From the NCBI GenBank assembly GCA_964472655.1, contig CAYYLQ010000012.1, positions 5,124 to 69,123 of the forward strand: 64,000 nt of DNA. Reading direction: 5' to 3'. The notes under the pieces are model-generated. The model did no database searches and had not been told where the DNA came from. It worked only from the letters and a program-made list of their open reading frames with translations. A program made the translations under genes and the position numbers. This stretch comes from an uncultured Nitrospirales bacterium (GTDB lineage Bacteria; Nitrospirota; Nitrospiria; Nitrospirales; NS-4). This document shows positions 50,841-59,339 of the stretch, in pieces. Positions within the stretch are counted from its first letter, which is position 1. Each line of letters starts with the position of its first letter.

Positions 50841-51592
50841 CCTGCCGCCGCGACCTTCTCCATAATCTCTTCCGGAATGTCGAAGTTGGCGTGGACCTTC
50901 TGCACGTCGTCGTGGTCCTCCAGCGCGTCGATGAGCTTCAGCGTGTGCTCCGCGTTCTTTTCGTCCAGTTTGATGTAGTTCTCCGGGATGAAAGTGATCT
51001 CGGCCAGCGACGTCTGGATCTTGGCGTCGGCCAGGGCCTTCTTCACCGCTTCGAACTCGTGCGTGCCGGTGATGACTTCGTAGGTCTTCTCGTCCGTCTT
51101 CATGTCTTCGGCGCCGGCGTCCAGCGCCAGGCTCATGAGCTTGTCCTCGTCCACCTTGCCCTTTTCCACCACGAGCAGGCCCTTTTTATGGAACTGCCAG
51201 GAGACGGCGCCGGCCTCGGCCATGCTGCAGTTCTGCTTGGTGAAGAGGTTGCGGATCTCGGCCACCGTCCGGTTCCGGTTGTCGCTGGTAATGTCGATCA
51301 GCAGGGCGCAGCCCCCCGGGCCGTAGCCTTCCAACTGAAATTCTTCGTAGTGGACGCCCGGGAGCTCGCCGGTGCCGCGCTGGATCGCCTTCTTGAGGTT
51401 ATCCCCCGGCATGTTGGCGTCTTTGGCCTTGAGGATCGCGAGTCTGAGGCGGGGGTTGCCGTTCGGGTCGCCGCCGCCGAGACGCGCGGCGATGGTGATT
51501 TCACGGATGATCTTGGTGAAGATTTTGCCGCGCTTGGCGTCTACAGACGCCTTGTGCCGCTTCGTGGTCGCCCAGTGACTATGGCCGCCCAT
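50837..51592 (-). CDS. YebC/PmpR-family transcriptional regulator
   Basis: 'GGHSHWATTKRHKASVDAKRGKIFTK'. Its stop overlaps the ruvA start. Confidence 0.95.
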   Translation of the reverse strand: MGGHSHWATTKRHKASVDAKRGKIFTKIIREITIAARLGGGDPNGNPRLRLAILKAKDANMPGDNLKKAIQRGTGELPGVHYEEFQLEGYGPGGCALLIDITSDNRNRTVAEIRNLFTKQNCSMAEAGAVSWQFHKKGLLVVEKGKVDEDKLMSLALDAGAEDMKTDEKTYEVITGTHEFEAVKKALADAKIQTSLAEITFIPENYIKLDEKNAEHTLKLIDALEDHDDVQKVHANFDIPEEIMEKVAAAG

Positions 51593-51724
51593 GACCTCGC
51601 TCCTTCATGCTGTGAATGGTAGTTCATAATGATGTGAGAGTGGATTGTGACACAGGGTCAAAAGGGTGTCAATGCGAAGAAGCCAAGGGAAGCAGGGCAA
51701 TCTGCAGAAGCTGACACTGACTTA

Positions 51725-52780
51725 TTACCGTTTTTCGCGTTCCTGTCTACGGCGTTCCTTTCTGTTCATTGGTGCTGGCTTCGGCTCAGCTGGCGGCGGC
51801 CCAGCCTGGCTTCCCTGTACCACTATTTGATGCACCATGTTCACTTTTCTGCGACCGAGGTTGTTCTCGATTAACTTAGCCGCAGGGGTGAAATTGAGGG
51901 TGAGGTCGTAGGCGTGATAGACGCTCAATACGGCGTCCTGTAAATCAGCATCTTCCTCTAAGCGTCTTACTCGGAGCCCCTGGCCTCTAAGTTCAGGAAG
52001 GCGAATCGGTCTGGCATGGCTCCTGAAGCGATCATACGATTCCTCTGAGCCGAACCAATCCGCTATCTCGTTAGCTTTCTGTTGTCGGCCTTCCTCAGCA
52101 ATTCCTAAGTCAGGATGCCTCAGCATGTATTGGGCGAGCCACTTCTCAACAACGTCGATCGAGAGCTGGACCTGTTGATTACAGAACTCTATTAGGCCGC
52201 CCGCATAGGACCGAAGAATTGGAGTCCACGCCGGCAACGCGCCGATATCGTTTTTGCACTCTTCTTTTGCTCTGGCAAAATCCCTTAGAATGGCGTGGGC
52301 TGGGGCTAGTCGCATTCCTTCGGGCGTTGGAACAAAGATTTGGGGGTCCGTGGGGCCTAGCTCCGAATGTTCTCCCATAACGATCTCGTCGCAACCCAGC
52401 GCCATCATCGTAGCAGCCGATTTCGCTTGTAAGGGCACAATTGCCCTGATGTCATCAAACTGTGTTCGGAGATATTCCATTATTTGTTCGGCGGCCTCCG
52501 CCGATCCACCTGGGCTGTGGAGGATCAGATCAAGTCTGCGCTCTTCAACCTGGTAGCAAACCTCCATAAATCCGTGAACGTCAGCGGTTTGAACTTCAAT
52601 GCCGGGAGCACCCTGTTTTTGTAGCCAGCCACTTACGTATGCAATGACTGTCCGACCAGTTTTCTTTTGGAGGTTCTGCAAATACTTCAGGCGGAGGCCG
52701 TCCATGTCAGGCCCAAGCTGCGGACCGCGCTCCTGAGCACTGGCTTGTACCTCCTTAAGGATTTCTCCCCAAGTTGGCAC
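51725..52780 (-). CDS. SDH-family (SppA/ClpP-fold) serine proteinase
   Basis: 'DLILHSPGGSAEAAEQI' and 'AKSAATMMALGCDEIVMG' fit the Clp-fold serine protease pattern of the SDH (PF01972-like) family. Basic C-terminal tail. GC is lower than the flanks. Confidence 0.75.
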   Translation of the reverse strand: MPTWGEILKEVQASAQERGPQLGPDMDGLRLKYLQNLQKKTGRTVIAYVSGWLQKQGAPGIEVQTADVHGFMEVCYQVEERRLDLILHSPGGSAEAAEQIMEYLRTQFDDIRAIVPLQAKSAATMMALGCDEIVMGEHSELGPTDPQIFVPTPEGMRLAPAHAILRDFARAKEECKNDIGALPAWTPILRSYAGGLIEFCNQQVQLSIDVVEKWLAQYMLRHPDLGIAEEGRQQKANEIADWFGSEESYDRFRSHARPIRLPELRGQGLRVRRLEEDADLQDAVLSVYHAYDLTLNFTPAAKLIENNLGRRKVNMVHQIVVQGSQAGPPPAEPKPAPMNRKERRRQEREKR

Positions 52781-52786
52781 GTTATT

Positions 52787-52975
52787 TTAGGAAGGGTTTG
52801 TAGAGTTGGAAACGTGCGAGGTGACAATCCCAGCCATCATTGCAGCACGGTACGACTGTTCGATGGACTCATAGATTTCCATCATTGTAGAAGCCGTGTC
52901 TGGAGTGGCCTGAGAAAGCAGTTCTTCCGGCAATTGTGTCTCACGGACAGGGACTGATTTGAGTCGTGTCTTCAC
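52787..52975 (-). CDS. Small hypothetical protein (62 aa) upstream of the protease
   Basis: GTG 52975 is preceded by AAAGAGGA (6-nt spacer). It ends 6 nt before the protease ATG. The track start 53014 has no SD. Confidence 0.45.
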   Translation of the reverse strand: MKTRLKSVPVRETQLPEELLSQATPDTASTMMEIYESIEQSYRAAMMAGIVTSHVSNSTNPS

Positions 52976-53119
52976 TTGGTGTCCTCTTTGTGAGTTGAGG
53001 TATAACCCTAGCATAAGCCTGCGGGTAAGGGCAATAAGAAAGCTTAGGACAAGTTGATATGGTCTCTCATATGTAAGCTCGTGGTAAACATCAAGTTTTT
53101 GAGATTTCTAAACCGACTC

Positions 53120-54985
53120 CTACCCGGCTAGGGCCTTGCGGATTTCGCGGGCGGTGCGCGGGCCGACGCCGCCCACGCGCTGGAGATCGGCCTCGCTGGC
53201 GGCCGCCAGGGCCTCGACCGACCCAAAATAACGCAGCAGATCACGCCGCTTGGCCGGACCGACGCCCGCAATGTCGTCCAGCTTGGACGAGAGGAGCGCC
53301 CGGCTCCGCAGCTTCCGGTGATAGGTGATCGCGAACCGGTGCGACTCGTCGCGAATCCGTTGCAGGAGGTGCGTGGCCGGCGAGGACGGCCTCAGGATCA
53401 CCGGGTTCTTCCGGCCGGGGAGAAAGATCCGTTCCTCCTTCTCGCCTTTCGCTTTGGCGAGCGCGATGATGTCGATCCGCGAGAGCCCCAGTTCCCGCAG
53501 GGCGTCCATGGCGGCGCCCAACTGCCCGATGCCGCCGTCGATCAGGATCAGGTCGGGGAGCGGCCGCTGATCCTCCTTGACACCGGAGTAATGGCGCAGG
53601 ACCACCTCGCGCATGCTGGCGAAGTCGTCGGCGCCCTCGACGGTCTTGATGCGGAACTTGCGGTACTCCGAGCGTTTCGCCCCGCCGGCTTCCCAGACCA
53701 CCATGGAGGCGACGCCCTGGTTGCCCTGGATGTTGGAGATGTCGAACCCTTCGATGCGGGCCGGCGCCTTTTTCAGGTGCAGCAGCTTCTGGAGTTCTTC
53801 CACGGCGGCGCGCGCCGTGGCTTCGTCGCGCAGGTGATCTTTCAAGGCGGCGGCGGCGTTCTCCTCCGCCAGCTGCACGAGGTGGTGCTTCGTCCCGCGC
53901 TCCGGCGCCAGGACCTGTACTTTTTCTCCTTTTTTCTCCGACAGCCACCGGCTGATGAGGTCGGCTTCCGGCAGCGCGAGCGGCAGCAGCACCTGTTTGG
54001 GCGGGAGGACATCCTTGTTGTAGAACTGCTCGATCACCGAGCGGACCAGTTCCTCATCGGGCTGTTCCTGCACCTGCCCCCAGTGGAAGTCTTTGCGGCC
54101 CACCAGCAGGCCGCCCCGCACGAACAGCAGCTGAATGTCCGCGGCCGTTCCGTCCCGGACCATGCCGACGACGTCCTGATCCACGATCTCGGTCTGGGCC
54201 ACCCGCTGGCGCTCGAGGGTCCGTTCGATCTTGAAGATGCGGTCGCGCATGCGGGCGGCTTCCTCGAAGTCTTCGCGTCCGGCGGCCGAGTCCATCTGCG
54301 CGCGGTAGCCTTCAAGCAGCTCGGTGTCGCGGCCCTCGAGGAACATCCGCGCCTGCTTGACGATCTCGTGATACTCCTTGGAGGTCTGGTAGCCGACGCA
54401 GGGTCCCATGCAGCGCTTGATCTCGTACTCGATGCAGGGGCGCTCGGCCTTGCCGTCGATCTCGATCTCGCAGGTGGCAAGGGGAAACACCTTCCGGATG
54501 ACGCGCAGGGTCTCCCGCAGCGCGCCTGCTGGGACGTACGGGCCGTAATAGAGCGCTCCATCGTTCTGCACTTTGCGCACGATGGTGAAGCGGGGAAAGG
54601 CCTCCTTGATCGGCAGGCGCAGGTAGGGGTAGTTCTTGTCGTCGCGCAGGATGACGTTGAAGCGCGGCCGGTGCCGCTTGATGAGGTTGTTCTCGAGGAT
54701 CAGCGCTTCCAACTCGGACCGCGTGACCATGGTCTCCAAGTCCGTCACGTGCGTGACCAGGAGGCGGTTCTTCGGAGTGAGGTCCGCGCCTTTTTGAAAG
54801 TAGGATCGGACCCGGTCGGCCAGAACGTTGGCCTTGCCGATGTACAGGACCTCTCCGCCCTTGCCCTTCATCAGGTACACGCCGGGCTTCTCGGGAAGGC
54901 GTTCGAGCTTGGTAAGAAACGAAGTGGGCGTGGGAGGCGCGCTCTTAGCGGGCCCCCCTCCCGCTTGAATGCTATCCGACGGCAT
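53120..54985 (-). CDS. uvrC: Excinuclease ABC subunit C
   Basis: GIY-YIG 'GVYLMKGKGGEVLYIGKA', a UVR domain, an RNase H-like endonuclease domain, and a C-terminal (HhH)2. Confidence 0.95.
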   Translation of the reverse strand: MPSDSIQAGGGPAKSAPPTPTSFLTKLERLPEKPGVYLMKGKGGEVLYIGKANVLADRVRSYFQKGADLTPKNRLLVTHVTDLETMVTRSELEALILENNLIKRHRPRFNVILRDDKNYPYLRLPIKEAFPRFTIVRKVQNDGALYYGPYVPAGALRETLRVIRKVFPLATCEIEIDGKAERPCIEYEIKRCMGPCVGYQTSKEYHEIVKQARMFLEGRDTELLEGYRAQMDSAAGREDFEEAARMRDRIFKIERTLERQRVAQTEIVDQDVVGMVRDGTAADIQLLFVRGGLLVGRKDFHWGQVQEQPDEELVRSVIEQFYNKDVLPPKQVLLPLALPEADLISRWLSEKKGEKVQVLAPERGTKHHLVQLAEENAAAALKDHLRDEATARAAVEELQKLLHLKKAPARIEGFDISNIQGNQGVASMVVWEAGGAKRSEYRKFRIKTVEGADDFASMREVVLRHYSGVKEDQRPLPDLILIDGGIGQLGAAMDALRELGLSRIDIIALAKAKGEKEERIFLPGRKNPVILRPSSPATHLLQRIRDESHRFAITYHRKLRSRALLSSKLDDIAGVGPAKRRDLLRYFGSVEALAAASEADLQRVGGVGPRTAREIRKALAG

Positions 54986-55035
54986 AAAACCTAGTGTAGA
55001 CTAGAGGTCTCGGCTCGACAAGGGAGGCCAAGCGG

Positions 55036-56142
55036 GTGGGCGGACAATCGTGGCAAATCGGGCGAGTCTTCGGGATCCCGTTGCGTGTCCATGTCTCTTG
55101 GTTCCTGGTGTTCGCGCTCGTGGTGTGGTCGGGCCGGAGTTACTTTCCATACGTGCTGCCGCGGGCTCCCTCATGGGAATACTGGACGATGGGGGCGGTA
55201 GCGGCCCTGCTGCTGTTTGCCTCGGTGCTGGTGCACGAGCTCGGCCATTGCCTCGTCGCCATGCGGTACCGGATTCCGATCGCCCAGATCACGCTGTTCA
55301 TCTTCGGCGGCATGGCGCAGATCAAGCGCGAGGCGCCGACGCCAAAGGCGGAGTTCCTCATCGCCATCGCGGGCCCGCTCGTGTCGGTCGCGCTCGGCTT
55401 CGGATTCTGGGGCCTCGCCGTTTTGCCCGAGGCGCCCCCCGCGTTGGTCGCCCTGTCGGAGCACCTCCGGAATATCAACCTGATGCTGGCGATCTTCAAC
55501 CTCGTGCCGGGGTATCCGCTGGACGGGGGGCGCGTCCTCCGTGCGGGGCTCTGGGCCTGGTCCAAGAACTTTCACCAGGCCACGCGTTACTCGGCGCGCG
55601 TGGGGCAGGGGTTCGCCGTGCTGCTCATGCTCTTCGGGGTCTATGACGTGGTCGCGGGGCTGCAGATCGGCGGCGTGTGGTTTCTGCTGATCGGCGCCTT
55701 TCTCTACACGGCCGCCCACAGCACGTACCGCCAGATCTCGTTTCAGGAATCGCTCATCGGCCTCCGGGTGGGCGATGTCATGACGGCGGACGTCGTCGCA
55801 CTGGAGGCGGCGTTGACTCTGGACGAGGCGGTCAACAACTACTTCCTGCGTTTGGGCTACGGGGGGTTCCCGGTGGTGGACGGCGGGCGGCTGGTGGGGA
55901 TGCTCTCGCTCAAGGAGCTCAAGGCGATCCCGCGCGAGCAGTGGGGCGTCATAACTGTCGGCCAGGTGATGGTCCCCCACGGGTACCATGCGGAGATCCA
56001 TCCGGACGAGCCGATCACCGCGGCCATGGAGCGCATCTTCCACGACGACCGCAGCCGGCTGGTCGTGATGGACGGCGACAAGGTGCTGGGCCTCGTCACG
56101 CGCTCCGGCATCGCGCGCTTCCTCGACCTCCGCCAGCGCTAA
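55036..56142 (+). CDS. Site-2 (M50) metalloprotease with tandem CBS domains
   Basis: GTG lies after AGGGAGG. 'HELGHCLVA', 'NLVPGYPLDGGRV', and a C-terminal CBS pair. Confidence 0.85.
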   Translation: MGGQSWQIGRVFGIPLRVHVSWFLVFALVVWSGRSYFPYVLPRAPSWEYWTMGAVAALLLFASVLVHELGHCLVAMRYRIPIAQITLFIFGGMAQIKREAPTPKAEFLIAIAGPLVSVALGFGFWGLAVLPEAPPALVALSEHLRNINLMLAIFNLVPGYPLDGGRVLRAGLWAWSKNFHQATRYSARVGQGFAVLLMLFGVYDVVAGLQIGGVWFLLIGAFLYTAAHSTYRQISFQESLIGLRVGDVMTADVVALEAALTLDEAVNNYFLRLGYGGFPVVDGGRLVGMLSLKELKAIPREQWGVITVGQVMVPHGYHAEIHPDEPITAAMERIFHDDRSRLVVMDGDKVLGLVTRSGIARFLDLRQR

Positions 56143-56148
56143 CTTCTT

Positions 56149-56544
56149 CTACGCCCCTTCGTCGAGTGAGAGTATGCGGCGGTTGCCGTCGGCGTCCATC
56201 TGGACGGTCATGTGGATGGAGGTGCCGAGCTTCAGCTTCCGGAAGAAGTCCATCATGCCGGCGTCGCGCGGGAGCACTTTGAACATCATCTCGCGTTGAT
56301 TGCGCAGGTCCCGCCAGCCGGTGCCGTCGTGGACGTGCGTCCAGTCGATCCAGATCGCATCTTCGTAGCCGTCAAAGGACCGTAGTCGGCCCACGATGCG
56401 GGTCGGCTTCTCGAATTTCATCTGCTGGATGACGTCTTCGAACTCTTTCGGCTGCTGTCCCGGCGGAAACGGTTGCGCGAGGGCTAGCGCGCCGACGAAG
56501 AAGAACATGCCGGCTGCGAACAGAAAGGGTTTCGTGGGAGCCAT
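56149..56544 (-). CDS. Secreted hypothetical protein
   Basis: Signal peptide 'FLFAAGMFFFVGALALA'. 131 aa with flank-like GC. No family recognised. Confidence 0.55.
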   Translation of the reverse strand: MAPTKPFLFAAGMFFFVGALALAQPFPPGQQPKEFEDVIQQMKFEKPTRIVGRLRSFDGYEDAIWIDWTHVHDGTGWRDLRNQREMMFKVLPRDAGMMDFFRKLKLGTSIHMTVQMDADGNRRILSLDEGA

Positions 56545-56606
56545 AAGGCTATTGTAAGCCTCTGCCCGCAGATGGTCGAGGCTATAGTCAGGATCAACAG
56601 AAGAAA

Positions 56607-57212
56607 TTAGGGATACCGAAATTGAAGGTACTCGGCGAATTCTTGTTCGGTGAGTAGCTGCTTCTTCAGTCTCAGGTTAACCCACTTCAATCCTATGTTT
56701 AAGATGTAAAGGCCGAATGCTGTAACTGCCACGGCTTTTAGAACGCTCCAGCCACCCACCTCACCGCTACGTGTGATATCAGCCCAAAATACAAGCAGAC
56801 CAACATAAACCATCAAAATTCCGTGATAGACGGAGATGCAAACTAACCAGCCCCACTTGAATGTCTTTAGCTTTTTCACATCGTGACCTTCCTCTGCGAT
56901 CCAATTGTAAACATGGCGGTATCGAAGGGCTTGGTATAGGTACACGAGACTCGTTAAGAAGAGGATCATAAATTTAGGTTTCTGGGACAGCATAGCGAAA
57001 TCAAGATTTATTGGCATAAGCAGGGTTTGGAAAACTATCGCACTAACTGCTAGCGTGAGAAATACTCTCCAGCCTCCTAGGTAAAGAAATACAAGCGGGC
57101 CGCCGAGGGCGAGAATTAGGGTTAGCGCCATGCTCTTTTTCTTAGAGATTCCTCGTTGGAGCTGTGACCCTTGCGAGGACTGGCTCAGGGGCTCAAAGTC
57201 CTTATCAGACAT
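56607..57212 (-). CDS. 5-TM membrane protein, unknown family (AT-rich cassette)
   Basis: 201 aa with about five hydrophobic helices after a polar N-terminus. Starts 15 nt after the HEPN-like gene. Confidence 0.6.
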   Translation of the reverse strand: MSDKDFEPLSQSSQGSQLQRGISKKKSMALTLILALGGPLVFLYLGGWRVFLTLAVSAIVFQTLLMPINLDFAMLSQKPKFMILFLTSLVYLYQALRYRHVYNWIAEEGHDVKKLKTFKWGWLVCISVYHGILMVYVGLLVFWADITRSGEVGGWSVLKAVAVTAFGLYILNIGLKWVNLRLKKQLLTEQEFAEYLQFRYP

Positions 57213-57227
57213 CGGAGTTTGTGTCCT

Positions 57228-57782
57228 CTAGCCTTTATCACTTGTCAAGGAGAGCGCCTTGGCAAGAATGATCTCCAGGGGAAGTATTGCGTTGCTTATT
57301 ATCTCTTTATCATCACCAGATTCGGTTTTGCTTCCATGGACAAGGTTGCATCTAACGAGATACAAAAATTTACCAAGTGCTACCAATCTGTCAATAGACG
57401 AAGCCCCTTCCTTCCTAAGCATCTTCTGCAAATTGCTGCCTTCTTGATCGTCCCCTCTATGGGGGTTCTTCGCAGTTCGCTTGTCCATTCTTTGGATGGG
57501 TGGGCGTTTTGAGAAATAGTTCACCGCCTGCGAAAGAGCTTTTAGGATTTCCTTGGCAGTGCTCTCGTCAAATTTTCTGAGGAGGTGTGCGATCTGTTTT
57601 ACTTCGCTGACGCGCTTTCCTTTGTCGTCCTTCAAGTCGTCTATAACTGCCTCAAGAAAATATAGAGCATTGAACCCGGAAAAGTAGAAGAAAAACTTGG
57701 CAAATGTATCTTCAGAAGCCTTGCCTTTAGAGAGCCAGCGCTTAGCTATGTTGGTCTGAAATGAAATTAAGTCGTTGAACAT
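57228..57782 (-). CDS. HEPN-like protein (Rx4H motif)
   Basis: 184 aa and all-helical in appearance. 'FLYLVRCNLVHGSK' gives R144-x4-H149 near the C-terminus, and there is an N-terminal 'FFFYFSGFNALYF' helix. The family was not identified with certainty. Confidence 0.55.
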   Translation of the reverse strand: MFNDLISFQTNIAKRWLSKGKASEDTFAKFFFYFSGFNALYFLEAVIDDLKDDKGKRVSEVKQIAHLLRKFDESTAKEILKALSQAVNYFSKRPPIQRMDKRTAKNPHRGDDQEGSNLQKMLRKEGASSIDRLVALGKFLYLVRCNLVHGSKTESGDDKEIISNAILPLEIILAKALSLTSDKG

Positions 57783-57815
57783 GTGTTGTCGATTTTGTTT
57801 CCTTGCATGGAGGAA

Positions 57816-57852
57816 CCCCTCACCCTGGCCCTCTCCCGCAAGGGGCGAGGGG
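57816..57852. repeat. GC-rich REP-like imperfect hairpin downstream of nuoN
   Basis: CCCCTCACCCT...AGGGGCGAGGGG. It resembles a widespread intergenic palindromic element and could act as the nuo terminator. No T-tract. Confidence 0.35.
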
Positions 57853-57860
57853 AAATGGAA

Positions 57861-59339
57861 TTACTTCAACGGCAGGATGGCGCTTTGGGCGGCTTTGACG
57901 AGCGGGTCGGGGAAGACGCCGAGGACGATGACGCCGATGGCCGCGACGAGCAAGACTGCGATCGTTGCCGGCGAGGCCACGACCCGCACGTTGTGCCCCG
58001 GCGTGCCCGCCGTCTCGCCCGGTTCACGCATGTACATCACCATGACCACGCGCAGGTAGAAGTAGGCTGACACGGCGGCGAAGACGACCGCCAGCACCGC
58101 GAGGCCCGTCATGTTCGCGCCCACGGCCGCCATGAAGACGTAGAACTTGGCGATGAATCCTCCCGTCGGCGGGATGCCCGCGAGCGAGAACATGAAGAGC
58201 AGCATCACCAGTGCCGCCCATTTGTTCCGCCGGGCCAATCCGGTAAAGTCCTCGATCTCGTCTCCCTCCAGCCCACCGCGCCGCAGCATCGTCACTACGG
58301 CGAAGGCGCCCAGGTTCATGAAGGCGTAGATGGCCAGGTAGAGCATGACGCTGGCCGTGCCGAAGGCGTCGGCAACGATCAGGCCGATCAACGCGTAACC
58401 CGCGTGCGCGATGCTGGAGTAGGCCAGCATGCGCTTGATGTTGGTCTGGACGATCGCGACGACGTTGCCCAGGATCATGGTCGCCACGCAGACCGCGACG
58501 AGCAGCATCTGCCAGCTATCCTTCATCCCGCCCAGCGCCTCCAGAAAGACGCGGAGGAACGCCGCGAAGCTGGCGGCCTTGGACGCCACGGCCATGTAGG
58601 CCGTCACTGACGTGGGCGAACCCTCGTACACGTCCGGCGTCCACATGTGGAACGGGACCGCCGCGACCTTGAAGCCGAACCCCACAACCAGGAGCCCCAT
58701 CGCCAGGAGGAGGATCGGATCGCCGGTCGGGAGCCCTGCGATGCCGTCCCGGATGCCCGCGAGCGTGGTGCTGCCGGTGCGGCCGAAGAGCAGCGAGATG
58801 CCGTAGAGGAGGATGCCGGAGGAGAACGAGCCCAGGATAAAGTATTTCGCCGCGGCCTCCAAAGGGCGCAGCTCGTACCGTTTGAAGCCGGCCATCACGT
58901 AGAGAGAGAGCGACATCAGCTCCAGGCCCAGGTAGATGACCAGCAAGTCCGTGCCCGACACCATCACCATCATGCCGGAGAGCGAGAGCAGGATGAAGGC
59001 GTAGAACTCCGGCAGGTCGATCTCCTCCAGTTTCAGGTGCGCCTTCGCCAGCAGGATGACAAGGCCCGAGACGGCGATCAGCAGCAGCTTCCAGAAGGTG
59101 CCGTACGCGTCCAGGACATAGAGCCCGCTGAACGCCGGGCGCGGCGAGCCGGTGAGGGGCCCCATGAACCAGTACTCCACTACGAAGGCCGCGCCCAGTA
59201 CGGCCAGGCTGAAGTACGCCAGCCAGCCCTTGCGGTCCTGGGAGGTCAAGGGGTCGAGGACCAGCACCAGGCAGCCGCCCGCCATGACCAGCAACTCGGG
59301 CAGGATCGCAATCAGATCGGCCGTCGAGATGATCGTCAT
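57861..59339 (-). CDS. nuoN: NADH-quinone oxidoreductase subunit N
   Basis: Starts at an internal ATG (aa 46 of the track ORF) that overlaps the nuoM stop (ATGA). 14-TM antiporter-like subunit; last gene of the nuo row. Confidence 0.9.
   Translation of the reverse strand: MTIISTADLIAILPELLVMAGGCLVLVLDPLTSQDRKGWLAYFSLAVLGAAFVVEYWFMGPLTGSPRPAFSGLYVLDAYGTFWKLLLIAVSGLVILLAKAHLKLEEIDLPEFYAFILLSLSGMMVMVSGTDLLVIYLGLELMSLSLYVMAGFKRYELRPLEAAAKYFILGSFSSGILLYGISLLFGRTGSTTLAGIRDGIAGLPTGDPILLLAMGLLVVGFGFKVAAVPFHMWTPDVYEGSPTSVTAYMAVASKAASFAAFLRVFLEALGGMKDSWQMLLVAVCVATMILGNVVAIVQTNIKRMLAYSSIAHAGYALIGLIVADAFGTASVMLYLAIYAFMNLGAFAVVTMLRRGGLEGDEIEDFTGLARRNKWAALVMLLFMFSLAGIPPTGGFIAKFYVFMAAVGANMTGLAVLAVVFAAVSAYFYLRVVMVMYMREPGETAGTPGHNVRVVASPATIAVLLVAAIGVIVLGVFPDPLVKAAQSAILPLK

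Noticed and set aside
53318-54994. 558-aa plus-strand ORF
   Set aside because: Antisense to uvrC.
13400-57860. Whether the three AT-rich cassettes are parts of a prophage, ICE or transposon
   Set aside because: I found no integrase, transposase, terminal inverted repeats or convincing flanking direct repeats. Each cassette is only 1.2-1.5 kb and isolated.
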